64,000 bases of DNA, taken from NCBI GenBank assembly GCA_001244265.2, contig CDLV01000006.1:2108001-2172000 (forward strand), written 5' to 3'. A program made the position numbers and the translations under genes. Below the pieces are notes generated by a model, which was given only the letters and a program-made list of their open reading frames with translations, did not search any database and was not told where the DNA came from. Positions 23,991 to 38,607 of this stretch are shown here, one piece after another (position 1 is the first letter of the stretch; each line of letters begins with the position of its first letter). Source of the stretch: Microbotryum violaceum. Its lineage: Eukaryota.

Positions 23991-25480
23991 TCTCTCTGAG
24001 AATTCCCGCTCGAAGGACTCGACTTTCTGCCATGGCGCGGCCAAAGAACCTTTGCACCAACCCCCATCCCTGCTACTGAGACTTGCGCCTGTTTTAAGAA
24101 AAGCTTGGTGTCAACAAGTCTATGCTTGACGGGAAGTCGGAGATCGTTTTTCCTCACCTCCTAGACTGCACACACCGGTGACGAACAAAACCTTTCATGG
24201 CGTCAAATCAATTAGATCCGCGCATACAGCAAACAGAGATGATGATGCAACTATAACCCTTAGTTAGGAGCTTCAGGAAACCCATCCGGGAAGTCAGGTC
24301 AACCATTAGTGGACCGCTCGATGCTGCGACACTCTTCGGACGGCTCTCATGGCCGACAATACATCAGAGCCCGGGTAATATCATAGAGTCATAATCTGAG
24401 AACATGCCTAACTCGAAGATCGCGATGAGAGCTGAATGGCCTCATACCGCCGAGTCTTTGTACATTCGGATTCACCAGATATGGCACTGACAATTCATCT
24501 TAGTGCGGCGAACTTAATGCAAGAATTCTCTCTGCTTTGAGCACTCACCATGTGGTCTGAGGATTGGCGGCCTATTTCATTGACGAGAAGGAATGTTTCT
24601 CAAGTAAGAGGTAGGTATGAGCGGCCCATCGAGCACTTTCCAGTTTCAGACGCTTTTAAGTCAGCCGCCAGGTACGGCTGCCGATTTGCCACTGCATCGA
24701 TTACTGTGTCTCGGAGTCAATTGGGCTTTTGGTTCAAAAGCCTGTTACAAGCCTAAGCCTTCCATGTTCTCACTGAATATATTATCGAGTACGACCCGCC
24801 TCTCATCAAGCACGTACTTCGTCGCTACTTCGCTACTTACGACTGATTTCCTACGTGTTCCGCTCCGCTTCATTTGCGCGTTCAGGCTCAGCTTCTTCTA
24901 GGAGCGCGCGCCGCTTGAAGTCAATCGGCCGGGTGTCGTCACCGTGGCCCAGCAGTTCTGATTGGCACTTTGGCGAAGACCGAGCCCGGCCAGATGCAAC
25001 CCTTGCCCGTTCACTTTAGTGCTGATAGATGATAAGAAGATGCTAACATACAGTGCAATTTGTGGAATCGCGTTGCGAATTCTGTTCATTCATTCTTTGC
25101 TCAAAGAGTCACTTCCGGAAAGCAGACGCTCCGTCTGGACCACGGATCAGGAGCACTCCATTCTCACTGGGCAATTCAACTCTACATAACACTTCGGAAA
25201 CAAAACAGAACAAGAAGGATGATGTTTGTGAGCAGGATTACGTCACTGGCACATCCCACGTCAACAAGGAGAGGTCGGTCTCGAGCGGCCCAGGGGAAGA
25301 TTAGGCACGAAGGGCCAACGAACAATAACCCTCTCCGCCTTTAGTCACCAAGAGCCGGATGCATATGAAGGAAAACTATGACATAGCGACTGTGGTGGCC
25401 TGTGTTGTCCAACGAATTCTGGCCCTTCAGCATGCGCGTCGACGAGTCCGGCTGGCCCTGAGCGCTCGGCCATCGTCACC

Positions 25481-27362
25481 TCACTCGCTGTCCTCGTCGG
25501 AGCTCGTGTTCCGAGTTCGTCGGTCAGCATCGCTGTCGCCACCTTCATCGCCGTCGGCCATTGCCTGGTCGGCACTTGACCCGATTACCTCTTCATCCAG
25601 CATGAAGCTCAGCTCGCCTGCACGCAGCAATGGGATGATCCGATCCAGGTCGGGTCCCAACAACTTGAGCTTGCCACTCGGGCTTCGAAAATCCGCTTTG
25701 CGAAGGAGCGCGCCGCGCTGAACAATGATTCTGGCGTTGTCCCGGAGGGCCTTTACGTTATAGACGAACTTGGGCGATTAGATTTTCTCGCCGTCTAGTA
25801 CGGAGCGTCGGCACAGCGCGGACTCTGAAGACAGTGAGCCGGGTCAAGATTAGGCACCGTGTATGGAAGAGTAGGCAGGTTGCACTCATTGTACTCACGG
25901 AACAATTCCTTGAGGATGAGGCTGTACCATTGGCGTTTGGTCTCAACGTTCTTGTCGGCCACGGGTGCGTTCCAAGCTGTGAGCAGACATTCGCGATACA
26001 TCAATTGACCTCTACTAGCTGTTGCCCTTTCCTGAGATCCGGTAAAATCTCGCCACTCACCGGCGCTGACAATGCCGGCCCGCTTGTCTGCTATAATCGC
26101 TGTGCCTGCGACGCAATGCGCAAAGTCGCGGACCAGCGGTCCCTGCCCCTTGTCGGCCCAACCCTGTCGAAGCGCAAACGCCGCCCCGCCCACGGAAGCG
26201 ACCACAAAGTGCTCCTTGTTGGTCTCGGGTAAATTCGAGGAGGCGATAGCAAACATCTCGATGCCGTAGTTGTCCGAAAAGATATTGGCCTTCCGAAAAG
26301 GGAAGGGTGAAGAATCGATAAGCAAAAGGGCCTCCGATCTGAGGCTTGGACTCAGAAGGACTCTCACCAAGGATGTCAAGGATGCTTGCAGTCCCTGCCT
26401 CGCCTTTTTGATCATGGCCAGGTTCTTCTGCTTCGAGGCTGCGGAGCCGATGCAAGGTGGGCCGCTCGAAGCGGTGGATCCGATGAAAGGTGCGCGGCCG
26501 CATCGTCCTCGGCCTGCTCCAATGCAAGAGCCGCGAGACACTCCGCCTTCTCAGCCTCACTGCTGCAGATTCTGTTCCAATACACGCGCGCTAGGTCCTT
26601 CCTTTGCATCAATTTGGTTGGAACTGAATGTACTTCTAGAATGCATTGCTCAGCGTTGAGTTGGTCAGGATAGACGAGAAGGCCGAAGTTGAAGCGCTGG
26701 CTTACCGGTATGCCCGTCGTTGATCAGAAACGCTGCAAAGAATCGACTTTTCTGAAAGTCGTTCCATGGGTTGCTCGCCGACAGCCGGCTAACGGGCGAA
26801 GTGACCTGTCTCAAGTCGTCCGGCCGAATCTTATTCTCGATGCAGTATTCGAATTCTTCGTACAACCTCTGCACAGCCCACGCCTTATGTTGTTCTCGTT
26901 CCGTCTTGTTGGGGTTGCGCGTATCAGCGGAGTACGCCTGCTCGTATAGCTCCTCCGGCAACAGCCTCTTCGCCGGCGTCCAACTTGCTGTCCTCCGCTC
27001 GGTCGTCGAAGCCGGGAGCTTTTTCGGTGCAGCATTGGATGGTATTCCGGTCGGAGCGAACTGGTAAGGTGCTGTGGAAAGGAACGACTGATGGACCATC
27101 GAAACGCCGGCACCGTCCTCTGCAGACACTGACTGCGGGGACGCTCGCGGGTGGTTCAGCGATGCGCGGCCTGCCTCCTCGTTTTGGGAAACTTGTGCGG
27201 CCCGCGACGTTTGGCGATTGTGAGCGGAAGGCTAAGTAGTATTTGGCAAACCTGCCGCGTCAAAGACAATACCCGTGCTGTCGGAATTGTTTCCTCCTTG
27301 TTCGACCATACTTGCGATGCTTGCGAAATTGTTGCTTGTTGGCGGAGCTAGATATGGGCCAT
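25481..27362 (-). pseudogene. Degenerate multi-exon hypothetical gene, probably a transposon accessory ORF
   Basis: Consecutive minus-strand coding-like segments (26665-27129 with SNPWNDFQK, 26412-26612, 25795-26300, 25481-25740) with GT..AG gaps, stops and frameshifts; lies in a TE island. Confidence 0.45.
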
Positions 27363-28683
27363 CGATGCGTCCAGGATCGGGGAACGTGGGACGGTAAACT
27401 GGTTGATTGGACGAAGCAGATCCCGGAGACGATGGATAGTTGTACGACGCAGGATTCGAGAGGGCCGTTACGCCAGCGGAAGTGGACGCTGGATCGGGTG
27501 CACGACGGTGTAACGTCAGAACAGACCGATGCTATACACGATCGACGCGACGGCCACCCACGGACCCGAACAGTCGTTATATGCGGACTGATAGGAAGTC
27601 CGAGGCAAGGTGCGCGACTCGTACCTAGAGGCAGCTTATGAACCTATGTGTCAGATGTGATCGTGAGCCGGTAGTCCAGGCAGAGCACCCGTGTCGATCG
27701 GCGGCAAACATACTGCTGTTCATCGCCGGAGCGCCAAACGTTGGCTGCGATTTGGAAGGTGGTTGATGGGATTGACTCATCATGACAGGAGCAGCAAGAC
27801 TATGACTGATCCGGTATTTCGAAGTGGGCGTTCGTTTCAGACTGTCGCAAGGTGACGGATGCTCGTTTCTAGTTCGTTACTTCGTATACGTAGTAGGGGG
27901 CGATTGAGCAAAGCAAAAGAATGGGCGGTATGCGCGAGCGCGACGCGTCGCGGCCCTCTCCAGCGTCTCCGGAGTCGTGACGCGTCGACGTCCCGGCCAG
28001 TCCCGGCCCCAATTGTTCCGCGCGACCCGTGCCGAATCACGTGTTCGAGGTAGCGCTCTTGTTCAGCTTGCAGAGGACAATAGTAACTCTCAAAAAATAT
28101 GCAAAAATCCGAATGCACTATTACTCGCCGACTGTGCCTTGGTTTCCAGGTTTCCACCGAGTTATAGTGGGAGTGAACGTCTCGGTAGCTCGACATCGAG
28201 GTGGGCATACCTTAACGGGGCCAAGTCGGCGCCCTGGGGTAGCAAGGGTACACCCCGCTGGGGCAGTGACTTGGAAGGCACGTGAGGGGGCGCTGCGCGC
28301 GCGCCGGTTCAGACGTATTTTTTATGTCTGCCCGAGGTGGGCCCAGTCACCGGCGTACCGGCGGGTCGGGGCGGGATCCGGCCGAATATTGAGTAGCTCT
28401 CAGCAACAGCCGTGTTCAATTTCCGGTATTTTTCAGCACGTCTAGCACGCGTAGCAACAACCAGAAAAATCTCAAAATTTGGAAACTTCGTCCGGCTGAT
28501 AAATCCGTTCACCCGCGGCGGCCAAAGCCTGCCAAAGCCTGCCAAAAGCCTGCCGAGGTGACGTGTTCGACCCGCCCGGAGCGCGATCGGTCGCTTCTCT
28601 CGCAAAAGCACTCGCATCGTGTGAACATCGAGGGAATACCTTTCCAGGGCGGCGGCAAGGTCCGCTCCACGTTCGTTCTAGCC

Positions 28684-31600
28684 ATGGCCACCGCCGACGA
28701 ATCCTACGAGGCGACAGGCACTACACCCAACACGTTGGACGAACTGCAATCGCTCGTCGCCTCGTCTCAGTTCGAACTCGCTCTTGCGCTCTCCCTTCGC
28801 CTCCAACTCGAACCGTCGTACACGTCCTACCTCGCCCAACGCGTGTACCTGAACCTAACACGTGATGGCGCAACCCCCAGCCTCGACGACCTCGAGCGAC
28901 TGTACCCTTTGATCGTCGACGATGAATGGCTCGCCATCGCCGCGTGCCATGTCCTACGTAGCAGCTCGTCCGTACCTACGATGCCGGAGTTACCCTCCAC
29001 CAAATTGGCGTTGTATGCGCTGGAAAAAGGTCTCGAGGCTTCGGACGTGTTGGCCTACCTCCGACCCGAACTGGGCGAACTGATCGAGGAGGCCGACTGG
29101 GAACGACTCGAGCAACTCGTGCACAAGGACCAGTCCGTCAAGAAGGCCGTCTTGGTCAGGAAAGCCCTGTTGGAGATGGGAGATCGGAAAAATACCTACA
29201 AACAGATTTGGGGGGCCGAGGAGCAGCAGGCTGCCGTAGCTCGAGAGGCCGGAGCCGAGGTCGGCGATGAGCACGATGACGAGTGGCGAGGGCTCGACAT
29301 TGAGCAGGACGATGACCCCGCGGATTCCAAGAAGCCATCCAAGCACACCATCACTCCTACCATCACCCTCCCCCTGTTCCTCTCCCAACCTCTGCTCGAC
29401 ACCGCGCTCTTTCTCGCGGCTTCGTCCCAACTCGACGCGCTCAAGGCCGTCGTTGCTCACCATGGTCCACAGCTATGGCCGCATCGCTTTACCATCCTCG
29501 GCGCCATACCGGAGTGGCAGGAACCGTCCTCCTATGCCAAACTACTCCCTTCGCTCGGCAGGGACCTCGTCGAGATCAAGTGGACGAGCAAACCGTGGAG
29601 GGAAGAGCAGGACTGGGTCGAACACTTTTCACTCCGAGAGGACGACGATGAAGCTGAAGGAGAGCAAGCCGCCTCTAAGAACGAGGATCTACCCCTTTCC
29701 GCAGATGGACTGGCAGAGTACTACATCAAACGCATCGAGCACGTCGCCTCGCTCGGCTTGGTCTCGACCGCGCTCTCGCTCGTGCAACACTGCGCTGCCA
29801 GTCTCAACATCTCGCGCTTGGAAGAACTCGGTGAAGAGTTGTCCTTGCTCAGTCGACTCGTCTACGATCGCCCTGATCGACCTAGACATGCTTCAACATC
29901 CCGTTCGACCCTCGATGATCTTGAAGAGACCTTTACCTTGACCCATTGGCGCTCCTTGGACCCTCCGGCGATCGTCGAAGCGTACCTCTCGACGTCGACC
30001 CCTGCCAACATCGCGACCTCGATCCGTCGACTGGTCCTGCCCTACCTCTCCGTTCTCGAAGCACGTCTCGAGCGACTCGGACATGCCGACGCGACGCTCT
30101 CGTCTCGACTCCTCATCGACTACCTCTTGGGTCTGGCAGCATCGACACCCCCTCAACTAGCCTTACTCGTCGCCGTCATTGAGGCGAGCAAGCCGACGCT
30201 CTCTTCCGTGATGCGACTGATCAAGTCGGACGAGGACCTCGCTCGACTTGCTCTGGCTTGCATTTATGGCTGTCGAGACTCGTCAGCCGAGACGCTCGTT
30301 TGGTTCGGCAAGATTTTCGAGTGCCTCCCCGCCTTCAACGACGCCTCCAACGACGATGAAGCGGCTCCTTCAAGCGACCCAAAAATGACGCTCTATTCGC
30401 TCGTCTCCTCCTCCACCTCAGCCGCGCCGACCCCTAAAACTCTCTACACGCACCTGCTCCCCTTTGCCGCCTCCCGTCTCTCCGCCTCCCTCGACCTCCT
30501 CGATCTCCACCTAGCCCAAGCCGAAGTATTTTCGCGCTACTCGTGCGCCGTCCCCCTCTCATGGTTCCTCATCTCCCACAATGATCTTAAAGCCCAAAAA
30601 GCCTGGGCGACTCGATTGGCTCGGACGGCGAGTACAGGTGGGGGAGGCAAGAGGGGTGAGGTAGGCGAATTTGAGAGTGAGGATGAATGGGTCGCTTTGA
30701 TGGAAGATATGGTTGGGTTCACGCAGGGGAGGGAGGAACAGGGGGACGGGTTGCGGAAGGCGTTTGGGTTGTTGAGTGAGGAGGATGTGCTGAGGATTTT
30801 CTTCGGAGGTTTGATCGCGGCGAGCAGTGAGTGGTTCGAGTGATGACATTCTACGTGATGTGTGCTGACTCCTCCTCCTCTCCATACTCGACCAGGGATC
30901 ACGCTGGCAAAAAGCTTGCTCCAACCTAGCTCTCGAAGTGCACCCCTTGAACCCGAAGCGATCGAGGAGTTGGTCATTGCCGCCTCTCGCGAATTCTATG
31001 ACAATGCACCTTCGGGTAACCTCAACAAGGGCGAAATGAAAATGGCTTTCGACTGGTGAGTCGCGCTTTCCATGCTTCATATTGTGTTGCTTCAGCGACT
31101 AAAGTGTTAAATCTCCTTTCCGCAGTTTATCGGCCGCCCCTCAAACCCTTCTGATCCGCCAAGAGCGCGACTTCATCGAAGCGACCTCGCGCCTCTGTTC
31201 CTACAAGATACAATCCCACCCTGGAATAGCCGTCGCCCCCATCGAGATTCGTCTATCCAAGGACCGGCTCGAATTCGTCTCCCGTCTCCTAGGCGCGAAC
31301 GAAGATGCCTATCGACATCCGGAAGTGATTTTGGATCTTGTCGCTAAATTGGGGTATCATCAGGATCGGTTGGCGATGGTGAGGACGATGGCGATGATCG
31401 CGGATTCGTCGCTGCAGGCGGGGGATTTTGAAAAGACCGTCGAGGTATGCGATAGAATGGTAGCCAAGGTCGAGGAGATACGGACAGAGTTGGCCTTGAC
31501 TGCTTCGGTGGTTGAAGGGGATCTGACGAAGCAGAAGAGACCCGTCGGAGACGAAGCCGCCGAATACGCCTGGCGAGAATGTTTCCAACTAGGCAAACAC

Positions 31601-32293
31601 GACCTCTTCCAAGACCTCGATCGGCGACTCGTCGCCTTGGGCCAAGCACTCCTCCTTTGTCCCGGTGACAAAATCGTCAACGTCCTCCCCGTATGGACCG
31701 CCTTGGAGCAACGTATTTCAGAACGACCAGCGCAATTATCGTCTCGTAAAGCAGGGGGAAGTCGATCCGGTCGTGCGGTCACTGAAGCGACCAAGATGGT
31801 GGAAGCGGGTGTTGGAGCCGCTTTGTCAAGTGGTGTGAAAGCGAAGGAAACGCTCTCGAGGGCAGCGGCATTCTTTTCGGGTCAATCACAGGCTCAGGCG
31901 CCTCAAAAGGCATTGCATCAACAAGATTCGTCGGGTTCGATGCATCCTCATCAACAAGGGAGAGAGAAGACTGCTGATCGACGATCAAGTATCTACGGTC
32001 TCGATCAAATCGCACCTGATTCAACCAACCCCAACCCCGCCACCTCTCGCGTACCCCCTTCGCCAAGGCGGACTCCCCTTTCACCACCCAAAACCCGAGG
32101 TGGTACTGGCGGAGCGGCAGGTCAGCCTCACGGAGGGTTCCGTGCGGGTCTTTCGGGTATGGCTGCAGCGGGTGTGGGGTGGCTTATTGGTGCGGATGAA
32201 GAGAGGGAGAGGCTGCATCAGCTGCAGGTCGAACGGGAGCAGCAGGGACAGGGTAAGGAAGAGGAGGAAGGAGGACCCTTGGTAGCCTGGTAG
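28684..32293 (+). CDS. SEC39: Sec39/NBAS-like subunit of the Dsl1/NRZ ER tethering complex (two introns, ~30828-30890 and 31056-31125)
   Basis: Long helical protein with LWPHRFTILGAIPE, EELVIAASREFYDNAPSGNL..GEMKMA, ERDFIEATSRL, and PIEIRLSKD. Confidence 0.85.
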
Positions 32294-32915
32294 GGATGGG
32301 AAGGTGGGGAAGAGAGTAGTAGCACATTCTTTTTTGGGTCTTCTGCAATGTTTCACTCTGGTACATAGGTATTGAAGACACGCTCTGATGTACAAACACC
32401 CTCGAGCTGAGCAGTGGCCAGTGAGCATACTCGTTTAGGCACGACCGAGATTGACAAGCGTGCCCATGAGCGAGCAGATCGACATGCCAAGTCGCGCCGA
32501 TCAGTATCACTCTTGCGTCGCCAGTCCGGGGACTCGCGGGGAGGCCCAAACAGACTGCTGGGAGTGGGTCACGTGAATACTCGAACCGAATCCAGGATCT
32601 TCAGAAGAGGCCTCATAACTGGAATTCGTAACCCTCTGACTTTGTTCGGTCACGTGCAAAACGCCGGGGAGTTGATATGAATCAGCCGGCCGCGGGGGCG
32701 GGACGGTCCAGACTCGCGCCGCCGATTCGATCTCGGAGGCATGTCAGCAAGTTGTCAGCAACTGACTCTGGATTGCTTTGTGCCCCGAAAGGCACCCCTG
32801 TCGCCATTAACCCAGTGCAGCGCATCTGTGCTCTCTTTTCTCCTTCGTCCTCTACTCAAGCACCAACGCGTCTCTACGAACCCCCCTTCAATAGACTCTT
32901 CTAACCTTCGCGAAC

Positions 32916-34434
32916 ATGTCCTCCGCTGACTCGCTCAAGAACGTCGCTGTGATCGGCCTGGGAGCAGCTGCCGTCGTCGCGGCGAAAGCACTCGCCGCTG
33001 GCTTACGCTCCGACTATCGCGTTGTAGCCATTTCGGATGTCGACTATACCGTAGGTCGTTCGCTATGCTCGCCCGATATACCCTCCGCTGAGCCCATTCC
33101 CATGCTTCCTCCGGCAGTACTACCACATCGCCGGCCTTCGAGCGCTCGTTCAACCCGGCTTCGAGGACAAGATCATCGGTCCATTGGACAACGTCTTCCC
33201 TTCCGGATCTCGTCACATCGTCAAGGCTGGTTCCAAAGCCATCAAGCTTGAAGCTCATTCCCTGACGCTTGCGAATGGCGAGGTGATCCCTTTCGCTTAT
33301 GTCGTGATCGCTACCGTACGTCGGTTCGCTGGAAATAAATTGACACCGTACTTTATGATTTATGAGACGAGGACTACCACTCAACCCCTTCTCTCATCTT
33401 TGTAGGGTTCAACATACGCTTTCCCCAACCGCGCCCCCTCAGATTGGTCTGTGGCGCAACTCAAGTCCGGCTTGAAGCAACTCCGGGCCCAAGTCGATGC
33501 CGCCTCGGAGATCTTGGTCATCGGTGGGGGAGCGACCGGCGTCGAGTTCGCGGGTGAAGTCAAGGGCCAACATGGGGATAAGAAGAACGTTACGGTTAGT
33601 CTTGTGACAAGCTTGGTGTGAACGTGATCGGCGACAGCGACTGATATAGAAAAATGAGTCGCTGCACAGCTCGTTCACCCTTCCAAGACTCTGTTCTCGA
33701 ATGGCTACAAGGAGAAGCTCGGCAAGAAGTGAGCGCTTCTAGCTCAGGCTTCGCCGCACTGGACTCACTCACTTGATCTAACCTGCTTCCGTTTGTTTAG
33801 CCTAACCAATTCGCTTACAGCGCTCAACGTTAAGGTCGTCGGCAACACCCGAATCGACGTAGGTGACCTCAAGACCGGCCCCAGCTCAGGTCGCACTTTC
33901 ACTCTTGGAGACGGATCTACCATCACTCGTGAGTCCCCGAGAGAAGATGGAAATGTTTACAAGGACCAGCGCTAAGTCACTGGCACATTCATCTTTCTCT
34001 CCACAGCCGACTTTGTCTTCATTGGCTTCGGATCGACACCCAACAGCGAACTCGTCAAGGCGTTCGATGAACAACTCGTGAACGAGAAGGGTTACGTCAA
34101 GGTCAAGCCGTCTCTGCAAGTTGCTGCTTCCACTCCCGAGCTCGATCACTTCTACGCCATCGGTGACGTGACGGACGTCAAAGAAGCCAAGCAAGCCGTG
34201 ACGGCCAAAGCGCAAGCCCCTATCGCTGCCGCCAATATCCTCGCTTCCATCAAGGGCATCAAGTCCCTCAAACCTTACAAGCCCGCAGGGGACCTGATCG
34301 TCGTCACCGTTGGCCCCAGACGAGGTGCGGGTCAGATGTTTGGTTTCGTGATTGGTGACTTTCTCACATCCAAGATCAAGAGTGGGGGTTTGTTCTTGAG
34401 CATGTGGCAGAAGGATTATGGGATCAAGGCATGA
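32916..34434 (+). CDS. AIF/AMID(FSP1)-like FAD-dependent pyridine nucleotide-disulfide oxidoreductase, multi-exon
   Basis: NVAVIGLGAA, YVVIAT/GS, ILVIGGGATGVEFAGEV, GYVKVKPSLQV, and FYAIGDV. Confidence 0.9.
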
Positions 34435-34784
34435 TCTTGTTCGTGGGGACATCTGATACCATATTATTCCAGAGCTTTGTAGTTGCAGTCTCTCCTCTTG
34501 CTTCGCTTGTTGTGAAGCTCTTGCTTAATAGTACCCCTTGCATAATGAAAAGGCCCCTCATAGGGAGTCCGAAATTCCAGCACTTGGTCTGTTTTCGAGT
34601 AACGCCGGTCCGTAGATATGACGAGACGCTTCACGCGAAAGTAGCTGTGTTGAGACCATTACCTTCCCTATCGTCGGAGCGCCAGCTCGAGCCCATCGCG
34701 GAACTTGAGGGGACCGTGCGCATTGTGGCCGGTCTCGGGTTCCCGCTCTCCCCGTTCATCGGGCGGTGATCCATCGCCATCGCC

Positions 34785-36653
34785 ATGGCCGACGCAGCTG
34801 CACCCGCCAAAGCTCATCGAAAGCGATTCGTAGGTCGCTCCGGTATCCCCCCATCTGGAGCTAATGGTGCACCGTCCTCATCAACCGCCCGGCCAAGCTC
34901 GAGCTCATCGACGTCCTTCGTAGCGCCCATCTCAGTTTCACCCGTCGTCGACCCGCTCCTCGCCGCAGCCATCGGCCATCTCCTGCCCGGGAACTACAAC
35001 TTTGAGATCTCCAAAACGATCGCGCAGATCAAACGTAACAATGCGACGCGCGTAGCATTACAAATGCCCGAAGGTCTGCTCATGTTCGCCTGTGCGATCG
35101 TCGACATCATTGAGCGTTTTAGTGACGGGGTCGAATGTGTGATCATGGGGGACGTCACTTATGGCGCGTGTTGTATTGATGATTATACCGCGCGCGCCTT
35201 GGGGTGTGATATGATGGTCCATTATGGTCATTCGTGCCTCGGTAAGCTGGCTTTCCTGCTCGGCCAAATCCTTCGGGAAGCTCATGCCCACGTTGGTTGA
35301 CCTCCCACAGTCCCCGTCGATACGACGACGATCAAGACACTCTACGTCTTTGTCGAGATCTCGGTCGACCGACCCCATCTCGCGGCTTCGATCCGCCACA
35401 ACTTCCCCCAGTGCATTCCGACGCCGAGCTCCTCCTCGGCACTCTCCGCGATCACACGTTCTTCGCAAGGCAAAGGGCCTGAATTGGAGATCGAAGTCGA
35501 AAGCACCCAGTCGGAACGTTCGACTGTGACGCCCACCTTGCAAGGGGAAGGAAAGAGGACCAAGCTTGCCGTCGTGGGAACGATCCAATTCGTCGCGGCT
35601 GTCCAGGGGCTCAAAGCCGACCTGGAGAAGGATCTCCCTGAGGAACAACAACCCGTCGAACGGCTCGCTATCGAGGCACCACGAACGAGTGGAGACGTTT
35701 CTTCAACACCAGACGCACCGATTGCCAATAGACAACGAGCCAGATTCGACGTCGTTGTACCTCAGGTCAAACCCCTCAGTCCGGGAGAAATCTTGGGCTG
35801 CACTGCTCCGAGGTTGTCCAAGGATGTCGAGGCGCTGATGTGAGTACAGAGTCGTCACCGGCACAGATTCAACGTGTCTAATCATTCTCGTCCTACTCCC
35901 CACCACAGTTACATCGGCGATGGTCGATTCCACCTCGAATCCATCATGATCGCGAACCCCCTGGTCCCCGCCTTCCGTTATGACCCCTACACCAAACGAT
36001 TGACGCGCGAGTTGTACGACCACGACGAAATGAAGAGCGTGCGCGCAGACGCGATCCACCAGGCGAGGGAGAGTCTCAAGTCGAGTTCGGTCAAGTCCTC
36101 GAACAACGACGATTCGGGTGTTTGGGCCGTCGTTCTGGGGACTTTGGGCCGACAGGGCAATTTGCGGGTCTTAAGATCCGTGACTAAACACCTAGCACCA
36201 TCTGCAATGCCTCAATCCGTGTCCGACCTCAAGACCTCCAGACCAGCCACCTCGACGTCGTTCATTCCCATGCTTGTATCGGAACTTTCCCCCGCAAAGC
36301 TGTCCTTGTTCCGTGGGATCTCGGTCTTCGTTCAAACCTCGTGTCCACGTCTTTCAATCGACTGGGGCTACGCATTCCCTCGACCCCTCCTCTCACCTTA
36401 CGAAGCGTCCCTCGCTCTGAACGTTACAGGCGCCAAAGGATGGAGTGGGATTGGGTTACCCGCCGTCGAAGAAGGACGAGCGATAGCGTCAGAAGCGCAA
36501 CATGTCGATAATTACCCAATGGACTTTTATGCCGATCAAAGTATGGGTGAATGGACGCCTAGGCATGGGATGGGGATCAAACGAGCGGGTGGGGAGAAAG
36601 AGCGACCCGTGCCCAGGAGTAAGAGACCTGTGGTCGTTCCCTTGTGTGCTTGA
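34785..36653 (+). CDS. DPH1: Diphthamide biosynthesis protein 1 (2-(3-amino-3-carboxypropyl)histidine synthase subunit)
   Basis: [81 protein letters not shown], and YPMDFY. Confidence 0.97.
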
Positions 36654-36709
36654 GTTTGGTAGGCGGTCACAATAGTGCTTTTGGCAATGCAAAGCGTGTA
36701 CTTTCATGT

Positions 36710-38607
36710 TCATATCCTTACATCCAATCCAATCTTCTTCAAATCCGCTGTCCACCTCAACACCTCCCCTCTCACTTCCTCCCTCACATCACCCAATAAT
36801 GCCCCTAAAATGATCGCCAACACTTCCTCCATGCCCTCGCATAGAAGCTCCCATCTCCATTCCGGCCATGTGTTGACTGCATCTGGATCGGCTCTTAGGG
36901 AAGTATGACCACCGGGGAGGAAGCGCGCCAAGGCCTGATGAAAGGTTTGTAGTTTCTGAAGAGGTGTCGTAGTGATCTTGGGGCGGTTCGGTTTGGTCGA
37001 CTGAATATTGGTTGCCGCTTCGGGTATAGGGGTTGCTGATGTGGTGCGAGGTCCAAGTGGGGTTGTATTGGATCCTGAAGGGGCCGATTTCACCGATCGG
37101 CCTGTCGACGCTTTCGTAGAAGTCGTTTCCGCTGCCCATCGTGACGAGTCGAGGTTCCGCGTGCCCTTCGACTGATTCCAATTCGATATCGGCGGTTGTA
37201 CAAGTGGAGGCTGCACCTGTTCAACGACAATTGGTACCTTCTCTTTCTCCTTCCCCATCTCCATCTCAATCCCTTTCAAACACACCCCTTTCAAGTCCCC
37301 CTCCTCCCACCACCTCTTAAGCACCTCCACGCACTCCGCCCCATCCCAATACCTCCAATCGCCCAACTCCTCCAATATGACCAGTTCTTCCTTGGGTCTC
37401 TTCATCATCCAGTGATCATAGACGTGCCAATAGATGTCAAAAGCCAAGAGGTGGGCGAGGATGTCGCAGGCGTTGTAGAAGACGTCGGAAGCGGTGCTTA
37501 CGGGGCGTGGAGGAGGTGGGGAGGAGGGGCGTTCTCTTGGGGGTGGGGGGAAGGCCGATTCGAGTTCCATCGAGTCTTGCGGCGGCATTGGTGGCATCGA
37601 CAGAGGAATAGGATCGATCTTGCGTGTCAATCCTGGACTCAGAGGTGTGGTCAATTTCGAGCTTCGATTCTTGTATGGCGACGAAGGTGGAGGGGATGCC
37701 GCTCGAACGACGGGCTCGGGTGCACGTTCAGCCAACCGCGGCTCGAACAAGGCCAACAGTGCACGAGCGGTCGTCGCTTTCGTCCGATCGATCGAAAAGG
37801 CCGCCACGTTGGACGAATGCGCCTTGACGAGTAGGATCTTGTCCTCCGTCAAGAGCACGGCCCGGTTCTTGTGATATTCGGCCGCGTCGAGCACCAGGTC
37901 ATCGTTCGAGCCGACGTCTTGTCTCTGGTGAGGCATTTTGGGATCGCGTAGAGTTTCCCGGGGTGTTTGGATCCGTATCGTAGGTCTGTTTTGGTTTGCT
38001 TGAGCCTCGATTCTTTCGAGAATGAAGGTCGTCGCTGTTCGTGCGAGGTTGTCGAGGTCGCGACCGTCCGAGGTGCTCCGTTGTTGGGTCTTGAGCCCGT
38101 CGAGTTCCCGTAGCACGATCGAAGGGATTAACAACACCGGTGTTGAAGTTGATGAGGGTTGTAAGGCCACGACCATTTCGACAAGCTGGCGTAGCAAGGT
38201 CAGATGTCGAATAAGGACATTTGTGTCTGGGCAGGTCGACATGCATGTGGGGGTCTGAGAGCTTCAGCGGAGTTATTCCTCCCTCAGCCAGTTCGAGCCT
38301 TGTATCACTACTGACCCAACACGACGACCTTCCCATCCTCGGTCCCTCCCAGCGACATCGACCCCACCACCTGCTGTTGCTGCCCCACGGGAGTGATGAG
38401 CTGCACGTCATCCATCTCGCCAAGCCGCTTCCTCACGTCCTCCAGAGCGGATCTAACGACCCTCTCCTCCTCCGTATCATCATCGATATCCATCATCTGG
38501 ATCTCGTGGTCGTGCGGCCCCAATGACATGGTGATGATCACCGGCGGTTCGTTCGGGTTCGACATCGAGTCCGGAGGGGGAACATACGTCGCGGCATAGG
38601 GGGCCAT
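36710..38607 (-). CDS. PIN-domain ribonuclease, Swt1-like (one intron ~38232-38314)
   Basis: VVVL/DTNVLI, IPSIVLRELDGLK, NDDLVLDAA and VLLTEDKIL.VKA are PIN_4 motifs. ATG at 38607. Confidence 0.8.
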
